A stretch of DNA of 64,000 bases from Octopus sinensis (lineage: Eukaryota), in assembly GCF_006345805.1 (NCBI RefSeq), contig NC_043000.1, positions 94,488,001 through 94,552,000 on the forward strand, written 5' to 3'. Numbering within the stretch: position 1 is the stretch's first letter; each line of letters begins with the position of its first letter. A program made the position numbers and the translations under genes. This document shows, piece by piece, positions 24,994 to 38,969 of the stretch. The notes below the pieces were generated by a model. The model saw only the letters and a program-made list of their open reading frames with translations. It did no database searches and was not told the DNA's origin.

Positions 24994-25475
24994 TACATAT
25001 AAGTAGGTGTATGAATTATCCTAGTATTGATAATTCGGTTAACCGATACCTGGGTAGCAAATTCACGTCAGAAAACACGGTTGAAGTTACATGCCAAGGG
25101 TATACTATATGTCACTGGCGTATGTTCATCCCTTCCTCTCTACCTTTCTATTTATCTGTCTCTGTCATACGCTCAATCAAACACACAGACACAAATTTCT
25201 CGCTTTACTGCTATATTTATCTGACAACCGGCCCCTACATATACACACACTCATACACACACATAAGCAATAAAACTTATTAACCAGAGCAAACACCCCC
25301 GCATCCATATTCATACAGCATGCATACTGTCCCCTTCTTATTTTCATAAATTCCTCTTCCAAACATTTTTGACGTCATTGCTTTTAACGGATTTTAAAAA
25401 TCACTCATTATCCCTGTGGTCAATATGTAGCAAGCCATAGAAAAGTTTTTGTCCGTCTTGAGGCTGATTGATTTT

Positions 25476-25568
25476 CCTTGACTTTCCTGATGAGAAGACG
25501 GCATAATGCACCTTATTCCTTCAGAATTAAGAATATGCAGTCTTCGAAACATGTGTTGAAATTAAAGG
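25476..25568 (+). ncRNA. Type I hammerhead ribozyme motif
   Basis: Stem I ccttgactttc/gaaattaaagg (9 of 11 pairs), CTGATGA at 25487-25493, stem II GAAGAC/GTCTTC, GAAAC at 25546-25550, short stem III, GTT triplet. Confidence 0.7.
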
Positions 25569-25632
25569 AATTGTGTTAAAATCCTCGTTCGACTCCTTCT
25601 TTTATATATATAATATATATATATATTATAGA

Positions 25633-25692
<60 letters not shown>

Positions 25693-25710
25693 TCTATATA
25701 TATATATATA

Positions 25711-25747
<37 letters not shown>

Positions 25748-25951
25748 GTTTTTCTTGTTACATATCGACTCATAATGAAGGCATATTTATATTAATCTGA
25801 AGAATAACTCAATGTAAGCTTCAGTCAGCTAGCCTTGATTCAGACAGCCAGATTAAGTGTAACAGGCCGAATCTTCGAAGTCGTTGTCACCACTCTTCTA
25901 GTGAAAATCCAGTATATATATATATACACACACATAAAAATACATACATAT

Positions 25952-26180
25952 ACAGTGGCGGCCAAAATGTTCAGAACGGCATTGTTTTCGTCAGAAAAGT
26001 AGATATAATTTTGTATCAATGTTGTTTAATATTCTATAATTTTCACAGACAATAAATAGGATATAATTTGTTATTGCCTGAGATTTTGGTGTAATTTGAG
26101 AGGATAATACAAAAGTTATTGATGATTTAGTGATTTACTGCAAAACCCATGGCGGCCAAAATGATCAGAACGGTTGCTTT
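25952..26180 (+). mobile_element. Solo IR/DR-type Tc1 terminal repeat
   Basis: TA|CAGTGGCGGCCAAAATGTTCAGAACGG, with an inner direct repeat TGGCGGCCAAAATGATCAGAACGG about 190 bp downstream. Confidence 0.6.
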
Positions 26181-26214
26181 TACTCCGTGTTTTAGTATAT
26201 TTAACCGGCGAACT

Positions 26215-26445
26215 CTAATGTTTTGAATATATATATATATGACCGCGTGTGTACCGTTGGCGATTTTTCCCCCGTCTTCCCTCCTCTGGATCTTTCCTTT
26301 TCCTATGTTTCTGACGAAGAGCTCCGCTCGAAACGTTAAACCAACCTTCTTCCCTTCCTTTCTGAGCGTCCAATAATACTATATTTGTTCCACGTCCTCG
26401 CTTTGTTGTGTTTTCTCTTTGTGTTTTCATGTTTGGATTAACTAT
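26215..26445 (+). mobile_element. Small Penelope-type non-autonomous element with minimal hammerhead
   Basis: gttt-CTGACGA-A-GAGC-tcc-GCTC-GAAAC-GTT-aaac at 26307-26341. A homologous inverted copy lies at 35966-36170 and a more distant relative at ~43840-44015. Confidence 0.75.
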
Positions 26446-27207
26446 ATATATATATATATATATATATACGTGTTTTTCTTGTTACATATCGACTCATAAT
26501 GAAGGCATATTTATATTAATCTGAAGAATAACTCAATGTAAGCTTCAGTCAGCTAGCCTTGATTCAGACAGCCAGATTAAGTGTAACAGGCCTAATCTTC
26601 GAAGTCGTTGTCACCACTCTTCTAGTGAAAATCCAGTATATATATATACACACACACACATAAAAATACATACATATATATATATACATGTATAAGCATG
26701 TATGTGTGTATTATATTATAGCATATTACATTATATTATATTGTATTATATTTTATTATATTATGAGTATTCGTATGCACACAGTTTTCTATTGGTTTCG
26801 TATCATTATTCCTGATGTGCAAACAGTATTAGGCTTTATATACTTCTACAGCTAGCATAATAATGCTCTTATCTATTCCGTCAAACGTAGTACAAATCTG
26901 ATGCATAATGTCTCATATCTTACGTTCAGAGACTTATTATCAGTTACTTATCTGTTATGTCATTGGCGGAGTAAAACATTGCGAACGGCAACTTGTTGCA
27001 GACATTTAGACATGTATTAACGTTTGTATATTGAAAACACAAAAGTTACTGAACATACATGTTATAAATGTATAGGATGTTCTTGGTAATATATATGAGA
27101 ACTGGCGAAACCATGATATATATAAATATGAAAAGAAATAGCTAATACTGTCAGAAAGCTAAATAAAATACAATTACTTTACGATAAAAACATATGCATA
27201 TATATAT

Positions 27208-27249
<42 letters not shown>

Positions 27250-28870
27250 ACACATATACGTATACATAGATATTCATATATATACATACAAATACATTAT
27301 GTATTATATGTATATATACACATATATACATACCTACATATATTATATTAATATATAAATATTATATATCTATATTATATATTATAATATATAAATATAT
27401 ATATATATATATTAATATATATGTATGTTATTATGTATGTATATATATATATATATATATGATGAAAGTGGGGTGCATATTATCGAAGATAATTTATTAT
27501 TCTCTAGGAAATACATCGATTTCTTTTGTCTGTACACTAACCAATAATTTGTAGGAACAACTGTATAGCTAGTCGATCAACGTGTGCTAGTATATTATTA
27601 ATATTCACAGCAAAATTAATCGATTCCAGGAGGCTTGGATGGTAAAGTTGAACACGAGGTTATTTGAAATTAGTATGTATAATGTAGAAGACGCATTACA
27701 TGGTGTAGTGGTGAAGAGGTTCACGTTATAATAACGTATTTCTGAGCTCAACTTGACTACGTAACACTTTGCTCAACTGCTTTCTTTGATAGGTTTAACG
27801 ATCCAGTCAGATAGGGTGATTTCCAGATTGGTTTCCAGGTGTACTAGGTGTGCGCTGCACACCTATCGAAAATATCAAATTCATTACAAACATTAATCGT
27901 AATCATTAATTTAATTACAAATATTACTGGAAAACTTTTGTTATACCTCTGCTTGAAATTTGGTGGCATTGGGTGTGGCAGCACATCGAATACAACAACC
28001 AAATTGGAACTTTTCTCGCTTGAAAAAACAGTTAAATGTTTTTAGTGTCGCCAAATCACACTCTTATGTCTTAATCAAAGTGGTGCGCGTTGATATGACT
28101 TAAAATAAGACAAGATTGATAATGATGGATAATCGTTAATTAAAGATACCTGATGGATCATTGAAATTGGGGGATAAATGATTGCTATAAACCCAAACTC
28201 GAATATCAAAGTTTTAAAGATTTTAATCGACTAAAAATACTGCAATATAGAATACAAACATTGCTAAATTGTAAGCAAAACCAAACTTCAACGCAATAAC
28301 ATTATTATGCAGCGAGTTGCTACATTCTCAACTAACTAAAATCAACATTGAACACGTCGTGACACAAACAGAACAGAACTCTGCGCAGTCGCACTACAGG
28401 TATATAACAGCAATCGAGACAATCCAAATCACGTGATCAAAACTAAAATCACAGCAATGATAACAGTAAGAACAATAATAATCTCAGATATAGGTTGGCC
28501 AAAGTCTTACGAATAAAATAGACTAAACGGAAACTGAGGGGAGTAGAAACTTGTACAAGAGATTCTTTATGCTAAACGAACCATTCTTGATTGGTAATTT
28601 GATACAACTCCATGTTGAACTCATTCATCTGTGTCTTGCTTATATTAGTTATCATCGTTTTCATCCTCGATGTTTGACAACATAAGAAACATTTGAAGGA
28701 AAGAAAATGAACTAGAATATAGGAAATTATTTAAATCAATGGGAAGGTCACAGAATTTGACGAACATTTTTTAACAAACTAAGCTTAAAACTAAGTCATT
28801 TCTGAAAGGAGTATATAACCCAATAACTTGTACCATACTTTTGCTAATTGTCTTTGATGCCTATGTAACC

Positions 28871-29100
28871 TAGTGGAGGCGCGTTGTTTAGTGTTAGGTT
28901 GTTGATCACAAGATAGTGGTTTCAATTCCTGGATCGGGCGACGCGTTGTTTTTGCGCAAAGCACTCCATTTTACGTTAATCCAGTCCACTCAGCTGGCAA
29001 AAATGAGTAATCCTGTGACAGACCGGGAGTAATCCTGCCATAGAAACTGAGAAACCGGCCTTTACGAATCAGTATGACACGAGAAGAAAACTTTACTTCA
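28871..29100 (+). mobile_element. Old tRNA-derived SINE
   Basis: GTGGAGGCGCGTTGTTTAGTGTTAGG...GGTTTCAATTCCTGG head followed by ccagtccactcagctggcaaaaatgagta; diverged. Confidence 0.55.
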
Positions 29101-30097
29101 ACCTTTACTTATGTAACCTTGAGCAGACACAAAGACCCCTCAAGGCCCTCCCATCCGTCATCTAGATGAATATTGGACGGAAAGAGGACTTACTACTTTG
29201 GTATCCATTTCAGCAGAGTAAGCTGATGTAACTTAAAAATGAAGTGACTTGCTGAAGGCCACAACGCAACGCCTGATCCAAGAATCGACAGACGAGTTTA
29301 TAAACCGCGATCCCAAGGTCAAATGAAAAGTATAGTGAATTTCAACAAGTGTGCTTTTATTGTCGAAATGACGTCCAAAAGTACAATAATGGCAGTTTTT
29401 ACACAGTTTCACGTCAAAACTCTTGTAAAATTAATTTACAAACGAATTAATTTCACATTTTGGAAAATTAGTTTACCCGCTTTTTTTCCCCGCTTTGTAT
29501 CAGAATCCTGCCTGCAGCCATTTTTAGGCCATCCTTTCTCTCACTCTCTAGTGTGTCCAAGATCTGGGGCTGATGGGTCATCTGTTTTCTTGAAGGAAGG
29601 CCTCCCCCCCCTCTCTCTCTCTCTCTCAGGTTTTGTTGCTTTTGAATTAATTGTCATCGATGTTTCTGTAACTTTGCTTTTAATCTATAACTGGAAAGAG
29701 ATGATCCATATTAGTCTTTTGACCTCTCCAACATGTTGGGGGCGGGGCTTACAAGGAACTTGAGCTCTGTTGGTAGAGGTCTCAGAGTTATTGATGTACA
29801 CAAGGACTGAACCTTCACTGTTCATGAAGCTATATGATAGAACGCGCTCCAGCCACGATCATCGTGTCCAGGAATTGTACTGCATCTTTAAATTATGTTT
29901 CACTCTCATTTTCAAGACGGTAAGGCTAGGGTGTAGGTTGAAAGAGATTTTGGCTGCTACTTCTAGCTTGTCACTTAACCACATAGAAGTATCTTGGGAA
30001 TGAAATTTTGTGATTTTTATGCTAATGTAAGGTCTTTCTTCTGTTTCTCCCTTCCCCTCCTCTGCATTCTCCTCTGTCATTTTCTTTCTTTCATCTT

Positions 30098-30131
<34 letters not shown>

Positions 30132-30534
30132 CACCACCACCACTACTGCTACTACTACGCTTTAGTTTCCCCCTCCTCTTTTTTTTCTTAATAACAACAA
30201 CTTCAACACGGGTCTCATGATAGTAACTATTATCATGGTTGTTTCTGCTGTGTTGCCATCGATGTTACACAGCCTCAAGTCAAGATCTAATCAAGCAATG
30301 AAGCAAAGACCGACCGAACACATTTTCTCCTTTTTTTATCAATCGCCACCATCTTGTCATTGCTATTTTCTTTAGACAAGTGATATCTAGAATCATAATA
30401 ACCAGAGTCCTTTCACATTTTAAGACAGTGTAGCGTGACTTGCTGGAATTATCGATGTCGTTTCTAAAAGTTCCAGTGACCACATTGGATCATTGTTGCT
30501 GTTGTTGTTGTACTGGTGTTGGTGGTGGTGGTGG

Positions 30535-30850
30535 TTAAGGAGGCTATCTGGCAGAATCACTAGCAAGCATTTTGTCTGTCTTCACGTTCTGAGTTCAAAT
30601 TCCGTCGAGGTCGACTTTGCCTTTTATCATTTCCGGGTCGATAAAATGAATACCAGCTGAACACTAGTATCAATGGAATCGACTCGTCCCCTCCCCTAAA
30701 ATTCCAAACTTTATACCTACAGTAGAAAGAATTGTTTTGTTACAGTTGTTGTTGTTGCTAAGGCAGCGAGCTGGCAGGATCGGTAATATACCGGAAGAAG
30801 TGCTTAGCGGCATTTTGTCCGTCTTTATGTTCTGAGTTCAAATCTGCCGT
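30535..30850 (+). mobile_element. SINE family B copy plus a second truncated head
   Basis: ctggcagaatc...gttctgagttcaaattccgtcgaggtcgactttgcc...gggtcgataaaa; a second head starts at ~30758. Confidence 0.8.
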
Positions 30851-30959
30851 AATCATGGAGTCTTTTTTTCTTCTGAAGCATTAATCGTCTTTGAATTTCA
30901 AGCAATTCATTTCCCCTACATGTCCGACCACCACAGTTATCAGGGTTCCCTGTACAACG

Positions 30960-31420
30960 TTCCTGTTCCTCATCCTTAACATTCCCCTGTTCTACCCGTC
31001 TACTCTTCTCCCTGCTTTCAACTCCTACCATCTGTTTTCAACTCCGACCATCCTTTGTAGCCCATCCGCAGGGTCTCTCACACTCTCACTAATCCGAGAC
31101 ATTTCTACTCCAGTCAAGTAACCCTTCCTCCTAATCGCTCTCAATTGGTTCAGTTGTATATTTTCTGACATTGGACACATGTCCTTTTCCACTTAAAATT
31201 TCAAGGTACGTCGGCCTACTCCGCGACTTCTTTCTAGCTTTACTCTTTCATGGCATTCAATAAGTGTATCGTTCTCTTTCCTCGTCCATTTATGTCTGTT
31301 TTTGCGCACACCGTGTATGTAATCTGTTGTGACATAACAGATCAGTGCCCCTGATACAGATGGTTTGGGACGTGCCGGGCGGGAAACTTTCGCCATGATC
31401 GGTTATAGCTTCATTCTCAT
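30960..31420 (-). mobile_element. R4/Dong-like non-LTR element, 5' end of ORF
   Basis: RHKWTRKENDTLIECH...GVGRRT, then QLRAIRRKGYLTGVEMSRI. This matches the KWT.EEN..ECY / Q.R.I...G.L..E N-terminal pattern of R4-type ORFs. Confidence 0.6.
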
Positions 31421-32547
31421 AGTTAATTCTTTCTTTGTTGTGTTGTATTATGATTTCATGAGTCGTTCGTGGGGTTCCATATCAAAAGACCGCACTTTCC
31501 ACTGCCGTTGGTGTAAGGCTTACGGCTAAGATCTTCCAATGAATGTTATAGCTGACACCTTTTGCTTTAAAGGATCATATATAACTGGAAAATTTGGTTG
31601 TTTTTCTTTTTCCCCCCGTATCTGAAGCTCAAGATGTGATTGTTGTACCTGGCTTTGAAATTCCCCTCTGTGAAACTCACAGATTTCTTTGACAAAACTA
31701 TGTCCTTAGTGGTGGTAGAGTCTACGGTGACTTCATAATGATGGTCTTAGACGTGCAAGCTCCATTTAGCGGGCACAAATTGTAATACCTGCATGAACAG
31801 CTGGTTTCATTTTGTTCTTTTTGTGTGTTGTGTGTAATTATATTTTTTAAATTGGTAGTTGAGCTAAAACTAAATTATCATTGATTGGAAAATGCCTATC
31901 TATACGTGATAAGAAATATTTACCTATATTAAAGGTTACTTCAGGGGAGTAAGGGGGTGTGAACCTGATAGTTTTCCGATTCCTATTCTTCCTTTTCTTT
32001 ATTACTGGACTGGTAACAGGTGTATAGTTTATTTCTCGCTAAATCCACTATCTATTAGAACTTTATTATATATTAGGGCAAAATTATTAAAAATGTTTCT
32101 TTCAGAGGAGAAGCTAGACATTATCTTGCGAAAGTTTTAAACTAAATTCTTAAACACTAGGGGGGGGGATGGCAGGAGCATACATCAATATAACTAAGTG
32201 GATTATGTCCACATATAGCTAAATATTTGTTACGTTTTTGGTCCCCCCCAAGAACGCAGATAGAACCTGCTTTTTATATTGTGTCCACGTACAAGTATTT
32301 CATTTCTTACACGTATATTCTTATATTTTTACATATTTATATATATATTTTGAAATATATTTTATTGCTTTATATATTTATATATTGGTGCGGGTGATTT
32401 ATTTGTGGATAAATAATTATAAAATACGATCATCTGAAATGGTTTCTGAATATAAATCTAGCAACTTAAGGCTGATGTGAAGCGCAGAAACAAAGGTAGT
32501 GATATTCTATTAAAGCTCGATATCCTCCATCCTCGTGTTATATTCTT

Positions 32548-32590
<43 letters not shown>

Positions 32591-32735
32591 TATATTATTA
32601 TATATGTATGTATGTATGATGTATGTATGTATGTATATATAATGCATACTTGTATGCATGTAATGTATGTATGCATCTATGTATGTTTATATATAATGCA
32701 TCGATCGATCCATCCATCCATCCATCCATCCATCC

Positions 32736-32795
<60 letters not shown>

Positions 32796-32878
32796 GTCTG
32801 TCTGTCTATTTATCTATTTCTCTCTATGTCTCTCTCCTCTCTTCCTCTGACGCCTATATATGTATGTATATCTATTTA

Positions 32879-32914
<36 letters not shown>

Positions 32915-32956
32915 ATGTATATATATATTTTATATATATATATATATATATAATAT

Positions 32957-33008
<52 letters not shown>

Positions 33009-33479
33009 GTCTATGAGTATGTTTACACCAATATAAATTACTAGTTGACACAGTGTAACAGCATGTAATTCGATTTAAGTTTCAAGTTTCTAATTTCCTC
33101 AGGAATATCAGGTGTTATTTCTGCGGTGATTAAAATATTGAAACCTGAAAAAATATAATAAATGAAATATTGGGACTTAGTGAAGTTAAAAACTATTGTT
33201 TAATTACACACCTTCTTCATTATCAAGTTCATTTAGTGAAAATTATCTAAAAGTACCAATTATCTACCGATAAGTGTTTTCATTAAAAAAAACAGTGTTT
33301 TAGAGCACATATAACTATGTGGGTGACAAGCTTGCTTCTTAACTAGGGTGGTCTTGGATTCAGTCCTACTGCCTGGTACCTTTGACAAGTCCCACTGTGT
33401 GGGGCCTTGGACAAGTGTATTCTACTAAATATTCGCGCCTGTTATCAAAATGCTCGCAGCATGACTGTTTAATGCTCCG

Positions 33480-33925
33480 TGAGCACGATCAGGGCCGTAA
33501 GATATGACATGGGAATTTTAAGAAACAAGTTCCCCCAGACAGTGATGGTCTCTCCAATGAGGGTAACGTCATACTTCCCAACACCTTTGAACAGGTCCTT
33601 AGGCTTATTTCACATGGCTATGTGAAGCTGCTGGACACTGCAGTCAAACCTTGAGTGGAGATGGAAACTCGGGAAAGAAACAAAATTGGTTTTCTACGAC
33701 TCCACCAATCCTAATTTCTGGCCTATTAATTCCCCCAACTCTAATTCCCTTCGTTTACTATGTGTATGGAATGGTTGAGAGAGAACACCAAGCGCACTAC
33801 CAGCAACAACAAAGCTGAGCTGATGGCCAAAATCAAGGTATTCGAAGATCTGTCCAAAGACATATGAGTCCTCTAGAGTCCGTGGTTGAAACTGATGGGG
33901 GTTTCTTAGAATCTTGAGATTTTTT
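33480..33925 (+). mobile_element. DD37D/maT-like transposase relic
   Basis: KFPQTVM, VKP, NFWPINSPNSNP, YYVYGMVER motifs across frameshifts, cf. WPP.SPDLNP.DY.VWG. Confidence 0.65.
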
Positions 33926-34349
33926 GACTTTTAATAATTTTATTTTGGATGCGATATTGTATCTTATTTTTCTTTTATACCAAATCTAAAATTTAAAATG
34001 AACCCCTTGTAATATTTTATTCTTTTACTCTTTTCAATTATTTGACTGCGGACATGCTGGAGCACCGCCTTGAAAGATTTTAGTTGAACAAATCGACTCC
34101 AGGACTTCCTTTTTAAGCCTTGCACTTATTCTATTGACCTCTGTTGCCGAATCGCCTAGTTACGGGAACGTAAACACGCCAACGACGGTAATGAGGGGTG
34201 GGATGTGAGGATATGGGGTGGGGGTAGGGATGTGAGTGTAGAATGGGGATGTGGGTGGGATGTATGGGTGGGGTATGTGGGAGTGGGGTGTGAAGGAGGT
34301 ATCAATGGAGAGAGGAGGTGGGTAGGATTGAAGAGAGGAGAGAGACAGA

Positions 34350-34374
34350 GAGAAATGAATAGACAGATAGATAA

Positions 34375-34431
<57 letters not shown>

Positions 34432-34556
34432 CAGATAGACAGAAAGACAGACAGATAGACGGAGGGACGGACGTACAGACGGACAGACAGACCACCATAT
34501 GGACGGACGGACGGACAAGCAGACAGACAGGCAGGCAGGCAGGCAGACAGGTAGGC

Positions 34557-34643
<87 letters not shown>

Positions 34644-34645
34644 CA
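34350..34645. repeat. Compound (GATA)n/(GACA)n/(GACG)n/(GGCA)n microsatellite
   Basis: Directly visible. Confidence 0.95.
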
Positions 34646-35256
34646 TAACGTTATAAAATATAATGTATTGATAAGTAAATTCTAAGGATTATCGAGCTGA
34701 CACGCCAAGCAAAAGCTCATTCATTTATATGCAAGATTCTACCACAGACAATGATCCAAGGCAATAAACACACGGAAATTAAAGAACATACCAAGATTAT
34801 AACATTTATTAGATTTCTCCCCTGTCACCAGTTTGTAGCTGAAGCTATTATTTAAACAACGCAAGTATCATTGTAATACTTTGTCTTCAGTTTCTACACG
34901 GTCACACGGATACACGAATACATAAAAACACGCGCATATACACCAGCAAACACACATTCACATAACATAGCATATATGTGTGTGTATTTGTGTCTGTGTG
35001 TGTGCGTGTGTGTGTTTGCATACACACATAGACACACACACAGAGTTTTACTGAAGATTTAATATCAGAACTAATATCAGAGTTTCAGATAAACAATACA
35101 CAGAGGGAAGTGAACTTTTGAAACAATAGAATGGTCTGAAGTTCGGTTATATGAAACCCCGTCAGCAGTTTGTAAAGTTTTCAACTTCAATAAAGCAATA
35201 CAGTTTTTCAGTACTATTTTCTCTATACATCTGTATGTTCATATATCACCTCCATC

Positions 35257-35314
<58 letters not shown>

Positions 35315-35611
35315 GTGTGTGTGTGTGTGTCTGTGTGTGTCTGTGTGTATGTGTCTGTGTCTGTGTGAGTGTGCAGGCGTAGCTATGTAAGCAAGTGGTT
35401 TGCTTCGGAACCATAGGATACTTGCTATTTGCCACCGTGTAAGACCTTGCGCAAGTGTTTCCTACCATAGCCCAGGACCAACCAAAAGCCTTGGGAGTAG
35501 ATTTGCTTGGTGGAAACGCAAAGTCAATAGTATACACACACACACACACACACACACACAACACACACACACACACACCACACACACACACACACATATA
35601 TATTATATATA

Positions 35612-35803
35612 TTATAGAAGGAGCTTCTACAGGACTAGAACTGTTTCATTCAAAAGAAATCATCAGGAAGCTCCTGATGATTTCTTTTGAATGAAACAGT
35701 TCTAGTCCTGTAGAAGCTCCTTCTATAAAATAAATTAATTTACTCTGCTATGTATTGAGTACCTTATTTACTGTGGTTAACCCCGACTCAACCCGGGACC
35801 TAC

Positions 35804-35810
<7 letters not shown>
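35612..35810. mobile_element. Palindromic hammerhead-bearing element, copy 1
   Basis: Perfect 57-bp arms at 35612-35668 and 35672-35728, each reading CTGATGA...GAAACAG...CTGTA-GAAGC outward, plus an 80-bp unique tail. A homologue lies at 48321-48513. Confidence 0.8.
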
Positions 35811-35860
<50 letters not shown>

Positions 35861-35934
35861 ATATATATATACAACACGCACCACACACCACACACACAAC
35901 ACAACACACCCACACACACCCACATATATATATA

Positions 35935-35965
<31 letters not shown>

Positions 35966-35967
<2 letters not shown>

Positions 35968-36170
35968 GTTAATCCAAACAAGAAAACACAAAAGCAAAAA
36001 ACAACGAGAGGACGTGGAACAAATAAAGTATTATTGGACGCTCAGGAAAGAAGGGAAGGAGGGATTAACGTTTCGAGCGGAGCTCTTCGTCGGAAACATA
36101 GGAGAAGGAAAGATCCCGAGAAGGGAAGACAGAGGAAAAAAATCGCCAGTGGTACTCACGAGGTCACAAA
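35966..36170 (-). mobile_element. Copy of the 26215-26445 hammerhead element
   Basis: Reverse-complement homology. The core reads CCGACGAAGAGCTCCGCTCGAAACGTT (U4 mutated). Confidence 0.75.
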
Positions 36171-36182
36171 TATATATATATT

Positions 36183-36412
36183 AAGGCGGCAAGCTGGCAG
36201 AAACGTTAGCACGTCGGGCGAAATGCGTAGCCGTATTTCGTCTGCCGTTACGTTCTGGGTTCAAATTCCGCCGTAGTTGACTTTGCCTTTCATCCTTTCG
36301 GTGTCGATAAATAAAGTACCAGTTACGCACTGGGGTCAATGTAATCGACTTAATCCGTTTGTCTGTCCTTGTTTGTCCCCTCTATGTTTAGCCCCTTGTG
36401 AGTAGTAAAGAA
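36183..36412 (+). mobile_element. SINE family B, full monomer
   Basis: GGCGGCAAGCTGGCAGAAACGTTAGCACG...GGTTCAAATTCCGCC...CCTTTCATCCTTTCGG.GTCGATAAA...AAAGAAAT. Confidence 0.9.
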
Positions 36413-36439
36413 ATGTATATATATATATATATATATATA

Positions 36440-36750
36440 ATACTTAGATAAATCAGATATGTTTCGACCAAAGATTGGTCCAGGCCATGTCTAACTTAAT
36501 AGTACCACCTGATAGGATTATCTAAATCCTTTTAAAGTCAAGTTTTGTTAATGGTCCATTCAAGTAGTGAGTTCTTGTTGAGTGAGTTGTATCCAAGTAT
36601 GGGTGACATATCTGGTACTCCTTGAAGAAATCTGTGCAGACTCCGTTTAAAGGTGGTGGGATCCTTTCCCTTTTGATTAGTTTTGGGACAATTTTAAACA
36701 GGGCAGGGCCTGTTGAGGAAAAGAAATTATGTCGCAGTGTACCTATAGGT

Positions 36751-36752
<2 letters not shown>
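36440..36752 (-). mobile_element. CR1/L2-like LINE 3' end (same family as 44050-46565)
   Basis: Reads GTLRHNFFS..GPALFK...FLQGVPD...GYNSLNKNSLLEW. The 3' UTR is nearly identical to 44055-44200. Confidence 0.8.
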
Positions 36753-36799
<47 letters not shown>

Positions 36800-37467
36800 A
36801 GAGAGAGAGAGAGAGAAAGAGAGAGAGTGAATGCGTGTGTGTGTGTGTCTATATGTCTGTGTTTGTGTTGTGCTTATTACCAACCACACCTTGACAACCG
36901 ATGTTTGTTTGTTTACGTCAATGTAGCGTAGTTGTTGGGAAAAAGAGGTCGATTTAGCATGTATAATACTTAGAAAAAATAAAGAAACACTGAGGTGGAT
37001 TTGTTCACCAAAAACTTTGAAGGTATTGCCCCGGCATAGCTTCAGTCCAATGACTGGAATATGTGCTAGAAGATATGTGTGTAAGTTTGCATGTGTGTGT
37101 GTTTGAGTATAGATAGATGTAGATAGATAAATCATATATATATATCTAGAGATAGATTATACATTTACTTACACATGCACTCTCCCTCTCCCTCTCTCTC
37201 TCTCTCTTTCACACCCACATACACACATACATACATATTTACATATGCATTTATATCATCTACTGAGAAAGTCATTTGTAAATGATAGTAAGCGCCCGAT
37301 AGTGTTATTGTTAATATAGTTCTCAGTTAGCAATTTAAACATTGTCAAGAACATCGGTGATGTCTTATCTCAGTCTGTTTCTTCTTAAAATGAGAAATGT
37401 GGTTATTGCTACTGAAAAATATGTTTGTATGAATGTATATACATACACACATATACATACATGCATA

Positions 37468-37504
<37 letters not shown>

Positions 37505-38490
37505 ATGTAATTGTATGAATATATAGTTGTGTTCTTGTGTCTATCTCCTGTGTCTGTAGCTGTGTGTTTGTGCGTCTGTGTCGCTGCCTGTGTATTTATA
37601 ACCAATGATAAAAAGAAAAAAAGCCAGAAAAGGAAATTGCCAGTGAGGGACAAAACTCAATTTTGAACGAATGAATCAGACTGCTAAGAACTTAAGAAGA
37701 AGATATATTTTAATCTCAAACTTTAAACGCTTCCATTCCATTTAAAGTTGTTGTTATAATTTTTCATAACTATTCTACTAGAAAAACTATATAAACGCTC
37801 ATTAAACGCATCCTATATATCTCTGGTGGTCACATTTTTATTTTTCTCAATACATCAAGTGTTCAACCACACGAAAAGAATAATGGAAAATATTTTGAAA
37901 TCTCTTTAAATCTAGTGTAATTTGTAAAAATTGAATTTCATTCAAACCCTAGAGAGATACGCAGATGGGGAATATAAATTTTGAAATTGTCATCATATGT
38001 ATAAAGTTAGGAAAATCCATAACTAGTAATAATAACTTTAGCTATAAAGTTAATTCTATTGAAAATAGACTGAGAGGCGGCGGTGAGTGAGAACGATATT
38101 TATTAAAACTTGAAAACGTGTCGGGAAAACAAATGTGGAAATATAGGAAAGAAAGAGAAGTGACAAAAATTGTACCGGCTATCAGTCTATCAACCTATCT
38201 ATACATCTTTCTCTCTCTCTCCTTCTCTCTCCTCTCCGCACAAACATTCATATGTATATATATATACATATATATATATATTTATGTATATGCGGCCTGC
38301 TCGCCTAGCCAGCGAGGTGGCATTATTATTTAATGGGTAAAATAATGCGAAGCGCATTGTGACCAGCGATGTGTAGCGGCATCTGCTAGCCTGGTCGGTC
38401 ACGGGGATCACGGTGATTTATGTATATGTATCTACTTTTCAATTTATCTACCGATCTATCTATAACTCTAGTTTCTTCTCTCTCTTCCCG

Positions 38491-38528
38491 CCATCATCAT
38501 CATCATCATCATCGTCATCATCATCATC

Positions 38529-38560
<32 letters not shown>

Positions 38561-38606
38561 CGTCGTCGTCGTCATCATCATCGTCGTCATCATCATCATC
38601 GTCATT
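38491..38606. repeat. (CAT)n/(CGT)n trinucleotide microsatellite
   Basis: Directly visible; source of the poly-His and poly-Ser pseudo-ORFs. Confidence 0.95.
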
Positions 38607-38969
38607 ACTATCGTAATTATTCTTATTTGCAAGAAGGCGGTGAGCCGGCAGAATCGTCCCTCAACAAAATATTAATACTTTACAGCTTCATTACAGGCTC
38701 TTACATTTTGAGTTCAAATTCCGCCGAGGTGTATGTATATATTATCTTTCATCCTTTGTGAGGTCGACAAAGATAAACATTGCATGGGGTGGGGAGTTGA
38801 GTGCGTAATTTCCATATCTCCTGGACACTTGATGCTTTTTAGCTCGCTGAATGGTGGCAATTTCTTCAAGTCAATAATTTATTCACTGATTAATATTGAT
38901 TTCTCTGACGAGCATTCCACCCTCCATTACGGCTTAGAGGTGTTTTATACTTACATTTCAGTTTCGCCA

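Noticed and set aside
29780-29990. Minus-strand NLHPSL...QFLDTMI suggestive of a Penelope RT end
   Set aside because: Only two short motifs across frameshifts; too weak to call without a search.
34192-34290. G-run cluster with G-quadruplex potential
   Set aside because: Low-complexity purine tract next to microsatellites, with no evidence of function.
36455-36500. GACCAAT..TTGGTC-GAAAC hairpin (also 44070-44100) as a hammerhead
   Set aside because: No CUGANGA in either copy; better explained as the LINE 3' UTR stem-loop.
38413-38761. Poly-Ser and poly-His ORFs
   Set aside because: Translations of a (CAT)n microsatellite.
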